This document shows, in pieces, positions 41,080 to 49,286 of a stretch of 64,000 bases of DNA. The notes beneath the pieces are model-generated. The model did not search any database and had not been told where the DNA came from. It saw only the letters and a program-made list of their open reading frames with translations. This DNA comes from Clostridiales bacterium. Lineage in GTDB: Bacteria; Bacillota; Clostridia; Lachnospirales; JAQSXR01. The stretch is from the NCBI GenBank assembly GCA_029256575.1, contig JAQSXR010000002.1, positions 8,272-72,271 of the forward strand, read 5' to 3'. Position 1 is the first letter of the stretch. Every line of letters begins with the position of its first letter. The position numbers and the translations under genes are program-made.

Positions 41080-43011
41080 TTAATTGTATTTATTCATTAG
41101 TTTGATTACATTAATTTTACCACCTAAGAGAATCATTTGTGTCTCTTTCCCGGTAAGTCCAATATCCATACTATAGAATTGATTTTTAGTTTTGTTTTCA
41201 ACTATTACAGTCCCATTTTCTACTTGCCCTTTAGCATTATCAATTACTAATTCATCATCTTCATCAATTTTATCATAGTCGTCCTTATCGATAAATGTTA
41301 ATGGCATAATTCCTGAATTTATCAAATTAGCCTTATGAATACGTGCAAATGATTTTGCAAGTACCGCTTTAATACCAAGATAAAGAGGGACTAATGCAGC
41401 ATGCTCACGACTAGAGCCTTGACCATAATTTTCTCCTCCAATTATAAATCCACCATTTCTTGTCTTTGCTCTTGCTGGGAAATCCGGATCACAAGGTGCT
41501 AGGCAAAAATTTGATAAGTGTGGAATATTTGATCTAAAAGGAAGTAACTTAGCATCTGATGGCATAATGTGATCAGTTGTAATATTATCTTCTACTTTTA
41601 TTAATGCTGTACCGGTAACAATGTCAGTTAATACTTTATTGATTGGGAAAGGTTTAATATTTGGTCCTTTCACTACTTCAACTTCACTAGGATTTTTTGA
41701 AGGTGGAACGATCAAATTATCATTTACATCAAATTCTTCTGGCATATTCACTGTAATATCTACGTTATACAAAGTTGGATCAGTCAGAACCCCTTCAATT
41801 GCAGAAACAGCTGCTGTTTCTGGACTAACTAAATATACTCCAGCGGAAGCAGTACCACAACGGCCTTTAAAATTACGGTTGTTCGTTCTTAATGATACCG
41901 CATTTGATGCTGGTGCCTGACCCATTCCGATACAAGGTCCACATCCTGCTTCAAGGATTCTAGCTCCTGATGCAACGATATCTGCTAAGGCTCCATTTGA
42001 TGATAACATCGTTAATACTTGTTTTGATCCTGGTGCAACTACTAAGCTAACATTTTCATGAACTGTTTTTCCTTTAAGAATCTTTGCTACTCTCATAAAA
42101 TCAAGGAAGGATCCATTTGTACAACTTCCTATAACAACTTGATCTACTTTCATACCAGCAACATCCGTAACGGATTTAATATTATCTGGACTATGAGGGA
42201 TTGCGACCATTGGTTTTAAATTATCCAAACTTATCTCAATAGTCGAATCATACGTACAATCTACATCAGGTTGTAGTTCTCTCCATACATCAGCACGTCC
42301 TTGAGCATTTAAAAATTCTTTTGTTATTTCATCACTTGGGAAGATTGAAGTGGTCGCTCCAAGCTCAGCTCCCATATTCGTTATAGTTGCGCGTTCAGGA
42401 ACAGTAAGAGATTTAACTCCATCTCCAGTATATTCTATTACTTTTCCAACTCCGCCCTTAACTGTGAGTATTCTAAGTACTTCTAAAATAATATCTTTCG
42501 CCGCAACAAATTTATTTAAATTACCGGTTAATTTTACATTAACTACCTTAGGCATATTAATATAATAGGTTCCTCCACCCATTGCTACAGCAACATCTAA
42601 TCCACCTGCACCTATAGCTATCATTCCAATTCCACCACCTGTTGGTGTATGGCTATCTGATCCTAAAAGTGTTTCTCCTGGAACGCCAAAACGTTCCAAA
42701 TGTACTTGATGGCATACTCCATTACCAGGTTTTGAAAAATATATTCCATGCTTATTTGCTACTGTTCCTATATATTTATGGTCATCTGCATTTTCAAATC
42801 CTTGTTGTAACATATTGTGATCAATATATGCAACTGATTTCTTTGTCTTAACTTGGTCAATTTCCATAGCTTCAAACTGCAAGTACGCCATTGTACCAGT
42901 TGAGTCTTGAGTTAGAGTTTGGTCAATTCTAATTCCTACTTCAGCCCCTGAAGTCATCTCTCCTTCAACTAGATGGTCTTTAATAATTTTCTGCGTTAAA
43001 TTCATACCCAT
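41080..43011 (-). CDS. acn: Aconitate hydratase
   Basis: 643 aa with the aconitase Fe-S ligand regions (GSDSHT, GSCTNG, GCGPCIG) and a swivel domain. Confidence 0.85.
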   Translation of the reverse strand: MGMNLTQKIIKDHLVEGEMTSGAEVGIRIDQTLTQDSTGTMAYLQFEAMEIDQVKTKKSVAYIDHNMLQQGFENADDHKYIGTVANKHGIYFSKPGNGVCHQVHLERFGVPGETLLGSDSHTPTGGGIGMIAIGAGGLDVAVAMGGGTYYINMPKVVNVKLTGNLNKFVAAKDIILEVLRILTVKGGVGKVIEYTGDGVKSLTVPERATITNMGAELGATTSIFPSDEITKEFLNAQGRADVWRELQPDVDCTYDSTIEISLDNLKPMVAIPHSPDNIKSVTDVAGMKVDQVVIGSCTNGSFLDFMRVAKILKGKTVHENVSLVVAPGSKQVLTMLSSNGALADIVASGARILEAGCGPCIGMGQAPASNAVSLRTNNRNFKGRCGTASAGVYLVSPETAAVSAIEGVLTDPTLYNVDITVNMPEEFDVNDNLIVPPSKNPSEVEVVKGPNIKPFPINKVLTDIVTGTALIKVEDNITTDHIMPSDAKLLPFRSNIPHLSNFCLAPCDPDFPARAKTRNGGFIIGGENYGQGSSREHAALVPLYLGIKAVLAKSFARIHKANLINSGIMPLTFIDKDDYDKIDEDDELVIDNAKGQVENGTVIVENKTKNQFYSMDIGLTGKETQMILLGGKINVIKLMNKYN

Positions 43012-43069
43012 AACTTATTTCCTCCTAGTAAAATAACACTTAAATAACTATGTCGCTCACAAATTATAA

Positions 43070-44455
43070 TTATAATACAATATTCATTTCATTACAATAT
43101 TCGTCAATTATTTTAGTTAATTCTTCGTCTGTCATTACAGTTACACGTCCTGATTCATATTCAACATCAACCCATTCTTTTACCTTTTCTACTAATGGGT
43201 GTTTTTTATCAAGAGCTTTATCATCTTTCAATTTATAATAAGTATTAATCCAGTGTGCAACACCCGCTATACCTGAAGTATCTGATACAGAAACTAAAAC
43301 TGGTCTGTTTAATATTAAATCAGTATCAAAAATATTGTAAATTTCTTCATTCTTTAATAAACCATCTGCATGAATTCCTGCTCTTGTAACATTAAAGTTT
43401 TTACCAACGAACGGAGTTCTAGATGGTACTCTATACCCAATTTCTTTTTCGAAATATTCTGCTAATTCAGTTATTACAGTTGTTTCGATTCCATTTGTTT
43501 CACCTCTAAATTGTATATATTCAAAAATCATTGCTTCTAGAGGAGTATTTCCAGTTCTTTCACCAATTCCAAATAAAGAACAATTTACTGCGCTTGCACC
43601 ATATAACCATGCTGTTGATGAATTATTTACTGCTTTATAGAAATCATTATGGCCGTGCCATTCTAGTTGATCGGATGGAACTCTTGCATGGTGATTTAAT
43701 CCATGAATGATACCTGGTACTGATCTTGGAATAACGGCTCCTGGGAAAGATACTCCATAACCCATAGTATCGCATGCTCTAATCTTAACTGGTCTACCAT
43801 ATTCTTCTCCAAGCTTCATAAGTTCTAAGCAAAATGGAATTACGAACCCATATATATCTGATCGCGTAATATCTTCTAAATGGCATCTTGGATTAATTCC
43901 TGTTTCTAAGCAATCTCTTACGATATCTAAGTAATGTTTCATTGCTTCACGTCTTGTTTTCTTTAATTTATAGAAAATATGATAGTCTGAACAACTAACA
44001 AGAATTCCTGTTTCTGGCATTCCAAGATCTTTTACAAATTGAAAATCTTTCTTTGATGCTCGAATCCAGCTCGTAACCTCAGGGAATTTATATCCTCTTT
44101 CCATACACTTATATACTGCATCACGATCTTTTTTACTATATAAGAAGAACTCACTTTGTCTCACTACTCCATTTGGACCACCTAGCTGATGTAAATAATC
44201 AAATATTCTTACTATTTGTTCTGAAGTATATGGTGCTCTTGATTGTTGACCATCTCGAAAAGTAGTATCTGTTATCCAAATATCATCTGGCATATTAAGA
44301 GGAACTAGTCTGTGATTAAATGCTATCTTAGGTACTTCTGTATAAGGGAAAAGATTTCTAAACACATTTGGTTCTGCCACATCATTTAAAGGGTATGTCG
44401 TTTCTGTACGTTCTAAAAGATTTGTCTTGTTACTAAAGCCTATTTGATGTTCCAT
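43070..44455 (-). CDS. Re-face citrate synthase candidate (homocitrate/isopropylmalate synthase-like DRE-TIM enzyme)
   Basis: 461 aa with the TDTTFRDGQQ motif and an HMGL-like barrel. It is the first gene of an operon with aconitase and IDH, and no classical Si-citrate synthase is present in that operon. Confidence 0.7.
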   Translation of the reverse strand: MEHQIGFSNKTNLLERTETTYPLNDVAEPNVFRNLFPYTEVPKIAFNHRLVPLNMPDDIWITDTTFRDGQQSRAPYTSEQIVRIFDYLHQLGGPNGVVRQSEFFLYSKKDRDAVYKCMERGYKFPEVTSWIRASKKDFQFVKDLGMPETGILVSCSDYHIFYKLKKTRREAMKHYLDIVRDCLETGINPRCHLEDITRSDIYGFVIPFCLELMKLGEEYGRPVKIRACDTMGYGVSFPGAVIPRSVPGIIHGLNHHARVPSDQLEWHGHNDFYKAVNNSSTAWLYGASAVNCSLFGIGERTGNTPLEAMIFEYIQFRGETNGIETTVITELAEYFEKEIGYRVPSRTPFVGKNFNVTRAGIHADGLLKNEEIYNIFDTDLILNRPVLVSVSDTSGIAGVAHWINTYYKLKDDKALDKKHPLVEKVKEWVDVEYESGRVTVMTDEELTKIIDEYCNEMNIVL

Positions 44456-44600
44456 TTTACTTTCCTCTTTTCATAAATTATATTTATGTATTATTGTATA
44501 CAATTATACTATTGTTGTCAACTTGTTATGCATATTTTTTTTTCATTGAACATATATATTATTAATGTAACAATACTATATTGACAAAGGAGAGTGTCAT

Positions 44601-44819
44601 ATGAAGTCAAACGATTTAAATCACTTTTTATTATCAGACATACCTGATTCTTTTATTCTAAATAAAGATACACTTGAGGAGATTAATAAACAACGTTTTC
44701 AATTATTAACTACGCAAAGTATCCCTGATGATACATATAGTGCTGTTGCTCAGCCAGCTCAATCAGTTGAGTTAATAACTGCTTTTCTTTTCTACATGTG
44801 TATAAAAGAACTTATTTAA
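44601..44819 (+). CDS. Hypothetical protein (72 aa)
   Basis: RBS AAAGGAGAG and a strong terminator 25 nt downstream. No family was recognised. Confidence 0.4.
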   Translation: MKSNDLNHFLLSDIPDSFILNKDTLEEINKQRFQLLTTQSIPDDTYSAVAQPAQSVELITAFLFYMCIKELI

Positions 44820-44843
44820 TATTTACCAATAACGTTAATGTGC

Positions 44844-44874
44844 AAAAACCCGCGGCAAAATCCGCGGGTTTTTG
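44844..44874 (+). terminator. Rho-independent terminator
   Basis: Stem AAAAACCCGCGG / CCGCGGGTTTTT. Confidence 0.85.
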
Positions 44875-44963
44875 CTGTATAAAAATATAATAATACATTT
44901 TTGCACCAAATTCGACATCAAGAATATTATATATTAGAACAATTATATAAAGGAGCATTTAAT

Positions 44964-45230
44964 ATGGGATGTTTTAATGACAATAATAATAGTAATAATA
45001 ATGAAGCTTTATGGATGACCTTATTACTTTTAAACCGTTGTAATTGTGGGTGCGGTAACAGATGTATAGACACTTGCAAATGTAGGCCATATGGTTTTTT
45101 CCGTAGCGGATTAGGTTGTGGTTTCGGTCGCGGATGTGGCTGTGGTAGTAGATGTAGTTGCGGTGGCAGAGGTTGTAGAAGATGTGGTAGTAGTTGCAGT
45201 TGTAGTTGTAGATGTGGTTTTAATTGCTAA
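44964..45230 (+). CDS. Cysteine/glycine/arginine-rich small protein (88 aa)
   Basis: RBS AAAGGAG lies 8 nt before the ATG. Translation is MGCFNDNNNSNNNEALWMTLLLLNRCNCGCGNRCIDTCKCRPYGFFRSGLGCGFGRGCGCGSRCSCGGRGCRRCGSSCSCSCRCGFNC (19 Cys). A terminator hairpin at 45262-45291 follows. Confidence 0.55.
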   Translation: MGCFNDNNNSNNNEALWMTLLLLNRCNCGCGNRCIDTCKCRPYGFFRSGLGCGFGRGCGCGSRCSCGGRGCRRCGSSCSCSCRCGFNC

Positions 45231-45261
45231 TAGATGCTACTGTAGGCAAAATATCCATAAA

Positions 45262-45291
45262 AAATACAGGGTGTTTAATAACCCTGTATTT
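45262..45291. terminator. Bidirectional terminator between the Cys-rich gene and the HD-GYP gene
   Basis: Stem ATACAGGGT / ACCCTGTAT with an 8-nt loop. Confidence 0.65.
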
Positions 45292-46528
45292 CAATTTGTT
45301 TTCTACTATGATGAAAATTTAATTTAGATAATACTTGATTCATACTATTTTTCTTGAAAACAGTATCGATATCTTGAACAATTGAGTTATCAATAAAATT
45401 ATTATCAGCCATTTCTCGCATTATTTTTATAGTTTGATCATGTTTTAATGCCTCTCGATATGGTCTCTCTTCCGTTAAAGCAGTATAAATATCAACACAT
45501 GCAAGTATTCTGGAATTTCTATCTAAGTTTTCTTTGGTTAATCCATATGGATATCCACTGCCATCTAATTTTTCATGATGGTTGGATGCCCATTCCGTAA
45601 TTTCTTCAAACCCTCTTATCTTTTCAAGAACCTTTCTCGTATGAAATGTATGTGATTTAATCTGAAAAAATTCATTTTCACTTAGCTTACCTGGCTTATC
45701 TAGTATACTTCTTTTAATAATAAGTTTACCTATGTCATGTAAATCTGCTGCTATTCTCATCTTCCAGTATTCTTCTTCTTCGTAACCATAATATTCACAA
45801 AGAATTCCTATTCTTTCACTAATACCTTTTGAATGGTTACCTGTAAAATGGGATTTAGCATCAATTAAATTACTAAATATTTGTGATACATCCCTTAACT
45901 CTTTATAACTTATATTTATTTTAACATTAGGTATAATGTTAAAAACAGCTGCCTCAATATACATACTTTCTAATTCACACCAAAATTCAGCCTTTGATTG
46001 TATCTCAAGAAAAGTCTTAACGATGTCAGGGTCAAATCTTTTGTTTGCTTCGTCTTCTATGTAATGATGAATATTAGGTATTGTTTCTTTTCCAACATAT
46101 TTTAGTGCAACGCAATCTGCCAATGCAATTATGCGTGAATAGAATGGTATATCTGAAGATGAAATACCAAAAATACCTTTACCATCATAGTGTTCATGAT
46201 GATATAAAATTACATTTTTCTTTTTATTTATAAATGGAAACATTTCTAAATTACGTTCTCCATCAATACAATGGATTCTTTTCTTTTCCATATCCTCTAA
46301 ACTAGTTTCATTATGTAATAATACATTTGACATACCGTTGTCATGTAACAACGCATATGAAATTAAATCAAATAAATCTTCATCTGTCAAATTATGAGCT
46401 TTCCCTATTCGAGCTGAAATATAGGCTACACTCTTTCCATGGTCTGTAACATTATCTATTACATCTTTTTCAACAAAATCCAAAGCATATGATATAGAAA
46501 CAAGCAAATCATTAATGTTAAGTATCAT
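45275..46528 (-). CDS. HD-GYP domain protein (putative c-di-GMP phosphodiesterase) with an additional degenerate HD domain
   Basis: C-terminal domain has LHDIGKL ... HHEKLDGSGYPYGL. The N-terminal domain has LLHDNGMS ... HHEHYDGKG. Confidence 0.8.
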   Translation of the reverse strand: MILNINDLLVSISYALDFVEKDVIDNVTDHGKSVAYISARIGKAHNLTDEDLFDLISYALLHDNGMSNVLLHNETSLEDMEKKRIHCIDGERNLEMFPFINKKKNVILYHHEHYDGKGIFGISSSDIPFYSRIIALADCVALKYVGKETIPNIHHYIEDEANKRFDPDIVKTFLEIQSKAEFWCELESMYIEAAVFNIIPNVKINISYKELRDVSQIFSNLIDAKSHFTGNHSKGISERIGILCEYYGYEEEEYWKMRIAADLHDIGKLIIKRSILDKPGKLSENEFFQIKSHTFHTRKVLEKIRGFEEITEWASNHHEKLDGSGYPYGLTKENLDRNSRILACVDIYTALTEERPYREALKHDQTIKIMREMADNNFIDNSIVQDIDTVFKKNSMNQVLSKLNFHHSRKQIEIQGY

Positions 46529-46564
46529 ATCATCTTCCTCTTAGATTATGAAATAAAATCCTAT

Positions 46565-46954
46565 TTACTTTCCTATTAATTTATCGTTTTCAAATATATG
46601 ATAAATCAACCAATTATTAATTAACTCAACCAATTCATATATTGCACTAATTTGTTTGTCGTCAATCGTATCTATATCATATTCTGCAAGTTTTGCTATA
46701 AATGCATCATGTTCTGTTTTTTGAGTAAACATTCTCTTATAGTTAATGCTTCTCATATATTCCTCTTCATGATCAAAATGCATCTTTGTATAGTCTTTAA
46801 GTTGTGTTACGATATCCACTATATAATCGTATTTGTCGTGAATTAAATCATTCTTCAATAGTTGATATGTCTCATCTGCTATTTCAAATAGTCGCGTATG
46901 TTCTTGATCAATAAATTCGATTCCTGTTAAATATTCTTCTTTCATTTCATACAT
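46565..46954 (-). CDS. Bacteriohemerythrin
   Basis: IDQEH ... HFDHEE ... H....D metal-ligand pattern. Start at MYEMKEEY follows GGAGGG. Confidence 0.8.
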   Translation of the reverse strand: MYEMKEEYLTGIEFIDQEHTRLFEIADETYQLLKNDLIHDKYDYIVDIVTQLKDYTKMHFDHEEEYMRSINYKRMFTQKTEHDAFIAKLAEYDIDTIDDKQISAIYELVELINNWLIYHIFENDKLIGK

Positions 46955-47005
46955 AATTGTTCCCTCCATTTTTATCGTATGCTTGGGTTATTAAGGAAGC
47001 AAATT

Positions 47006-47033
47006 AAGTGTGAAAGAATATTCTTTCACACTT
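47006..47033. promoter_or_regulatory. Perfect 28-bp palindrome between the desulfoferrodoxin stop and the hemerythrin start (terminator and/or operator)
   Basis: AAGTGTGAAAGAATATTCTTTCACACTT, read directly. It contains a TGTGA...TCACA core. Confidence 0.6.
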
Positions 47034-47049
47034 ATATCTGCTTGGTTAT

Positions 47050-47436
47050 TTATTGGATTTCGGTTTTCCATAAACCATGAAGATTACAATATTCATATAC
47101 AGCTACTGGTTCTTCCGCGGTAACTTCGAAAACAGCACTTGGTTTTTCATTTGGCGCTAAATATTTTATCTGGAAGCCTTTATTTGTCTCCAAACAAATC
47201 CATTGTATGTAATGTTCTTCTACCATTGGATGCTCTATACTGCCAACTTCTACTAAAATGTTATTACCTGATACTGTAACAACTGGAAGATGTTTTTCTC
47301 CTGATGCGTCTACTGTATTTGCTGTAAGTAGTGTCATTTTATCTCCGCAACAGCTTACTGAAGCTCCTGATTCGTTAATTAAAGTTATTATATTACCACA
47401 ATGTTTACACAAAAAAAACTTTATATCTTTTTTCAT
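47050..47436 (-). CDS. dfx: Desulfoferrodoxin (2Fe superoxide reductase)
   Basis: N-terminal desulforedoxin motif CKHCGN...CCG, plus the SOR centre motifs (EKHLP, HPM, C..HGLW). Confidence 0.9.
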   Translation of the reverse strand: MKKDIKFFLCKHCGNIITLINESGASVSCCGDKMTLLTANTVDASGEKHLPVVTVSGNNILVEVGSIEHPMVEEHYIQWICLETNKGFQIKYLAPNEKPSAVFEVTAEEPVAVYEYCNLHGLWKTEIQ

Positions 47437-47576
47437 AGTTAATTACTTCCTTTCTTTTAAATTTAATTTTGGGTCACCGTTACTAAAAAGATTATTTCTT
47501 GTCATATTTTGTCTATACACATTCTAATATACTCTAATTCTATTATATTATCAATAGAATTATGCACATATTATGC

Positions 47577-47613
47577 TTAAGGGCAAATGTATAAATCATA
47601 CATTTGCCCTTAA
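47577..47613. terminator. 16-bp stem hairpin downstream of rubredoxin
   Basis: Stem TTAAGGGCAAATGTAT / ATACATTTGCCCTTAA. There is no clear T-run. Confidence 0.5.
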
Positions 47614-47682
47614 TATACTGCTTTGTTTCGTATTTGATTATGAATTTATTTCTTCTTCTCGATACACTTATTATGTATCTTC

Positions 47683-47838
47683 CTATAATTCAACAAATGC
47701 TTCTTTTTCTAGACCGCACACAGGACATACCCATTCTTCAGGAACATCTTCCCATGGTGTGCCTGGTTCTACTCCATTGTCTGGATCACCTAATTCTGGA
47801 TCATAAACGTAGCCACAAGGACATTCATAACTTTGCAT
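47683..47838 (-). CDS. Rubredoxin (51 aa; absent from the ORF track)
   Basis: RBS GGAGGTGAGCATT. Translation is [51 protein letters not shown]. The first Cys knuckle is C-P-C-G rather than C-x-x-C-G. Confidence 0.8.
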   Translation of the reverse strand: MQSYECPCGYVYDPELGDPDNGVEPGTPWEDVPEEWVCPVCGLEKEAFVEL

Positions 47839-47896
47839 AATGCTCACCTCCATTTTTATTATTAAATATATATAATAAAATATATATATTTTTTAT

Positions 47897-47922
47897 ATCG
47901 GCATCAATCGATTGAATACCGA
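47897..47922. promoter_or_regulatory. Palindromic candidate operator (core TCAATCGATTGA) between the divergent rubredoxin and crp/fnr genes
   Basis: A perfect 12-bp palindrome at 47904-47915 extends imperfectly outwards (CGGCA...TACCG). Confidence 0.4.
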
Positions 47923-48018
47923 CATACATATATTATACACATATTTGTGTTCAATATGCAAATTATATTACTATAGCTTATTAATTTTGGTATAATAGAA
48001 ATAGACTGGAGGGGTTCT

Positions 48019-48693
48019 ATGTTAAGGAATAATGAAATTACATTTGTAAATACGCATTTAAATTTTTGGGATAAATTAAATACGAACGAAAAAAACCTGG
48101 TAATAAGTAACACATCGCTAATTACTTATAATAAAGGATTTAATCTATATAGTGCTGATACTGATTGTCTTGGGGTTCTTATTATTAAAAGTGGAGAGTT
48201 ACGCACTTATATATTATCAGAGGATGGACGTGAAGTAACCCTATATCGACTTACGGAAGGAAATACTTGTGTTCTCTCTGCTTCTTGTATCTTAAATAGT
48301 ATCACTTTTGATGTTCATATTGATGCCGAGTGTGATAGCGAGGTCTTTCTACTAAACATATCTACATTTAGCAAATTATGTTCTCAAAATGTATACGTAG
48401 AAAATTTTGCTTATAAGACTTCAATCGAGAGATTCTCTGATGTAATGTGGGCAATGGAGCAAATACTATTTATGAGTTTTGATAAACGCCTAGCTATTTT
48501 CTTAATCGATGAAATGTCAAAAACAAATACTGCAGAAATTAGTCTTACTCAAGAACAAATAGCAAAATATATAGGAAGTGCTCGAGAAGTTGTTTCTCGT
48601 ATGCTTAAAACATTTCAGTCAGAAGGTATGGTTGAATTATCAAGGGGATCAATTCGAATTACCAATAAAGAGAAATTAAAAAAACTTCTTTAA
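48019..48693 (+). CDS. Crp/Fnr-family transcriptional regulator
   Basis: 224 aa with an N-terminal cNMP-binding-like beta-roll and a C-terminal HTH (IAKYIGSAREVVSRMLKTFQSEG). Confidence 0.8.
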   Translation: MLRNNEITFVNTHLNFWDKLNTNEKNLVISNTSLITYNKGFNLYSADTDCLGVLIIKSGELRTYILSEDGREVTLYRLTEGNTCVLSASCILNSITFDVHIDAECDSEVFLLNISTFSKLCSQNVYVENFAYKTSIERFSDVMWAMEQILFMSFDKRLAIFLIDEMSKTNTAEISLTQEQIAKYIGSAREVVSRMLKTFQSEGMVELSRGSIRITNKEKLKKLL

Positions 48694-48765
48694 TTCTACA
48701 AAACAAGAAAACCTCAAATATTAGTCAATTTTAACTAACCTTTGAGGTTTTATATATATTTTATT

Positions 48766-49077
48766 TTATTGTAGCATAGATAAAATAGCTTGCTTTGGTC
48801 TTGCCCCTATAACAGTTTCTACAACTTTTCCATTCTTAATAACAACTAAGGTAGGTATACTCATAACCTTAAATTTACTTGCAAGCTCTTGTTGTTCATC
48901 GACATTTATTTTCCCAACTTTCGCTTTCCCTTCTGTTTCAATTGCTATCTCATCTATAATTGGAGCGACCATTCTACAAGGTCCACACCAAGCCGCCCAA
49001 AAATCTAATAATACCGGTTTATCAGAATTCAAAACTTCAGTTTCAAAATTTTCCTTTGTTACTTTTAATACGCTCAT
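48766..49077 (-). CDS. trxA: Thioredoxin
   Basis: Carries the WCGPC active site. About 103 aa. Confidence 0.9.
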   Translation of the reverse strand: MSVLKVTKENFETEVLNSDKPVLLDFWAAWCGPCRMVAPIIDEIAIETEGKAKVGKINVDEQQELASKFKVMSIPTLVVIKNGKVVETVIGARPKQAILSMLQ

Positions 49078-49146
49078 AATCATTCTCCTTTTTATTATGT
49101 TATTGTGTTGTTTATAGTTTCATTATATCTTTATTTGAATTATTAT

Positions 49147-49194
49147 CTGTGATAAGGTCACACACAAATAATTACAGTTATGTGACTAAGTCAT
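49147..49194. promoter_or_regulatory. Two related TGTGA-N5-TCA(C/T) half-palindromes in the trxA/CoADR divergent promoter region
   Basis: TGTGATAAGGTCACA (49147-49161) and TGTGACTAAGTCATT (49180-49194), with starts 33 bp apart. Confidence 0.4.
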
Positions 49195-49286
49195 TGAAGC
49201 AATTGTAAAATAATATATAATTAGATTAAGATCTATTAAAATCCCAAAATATTGGAGAATAACCTATTTGGAAGGAGAAATAAATT

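Noticed and set aside
45118-45327. Val/Asp-rich 69-aa ORF overlapping the Cys-rich gene in another frame
   Set aside because: It has no RBS and starts inside the Cys-rich ORF, which does have a good RBS and a start codon. It also runs through the terminator hairpin.
47573-47840. Two plus-strand ORFs (77 and 78 aa)
   Set aside because: They lie opposite the clearly recognisable rubredoxin gene on the minus strand and span a hairpin. Their products are low-complexity.
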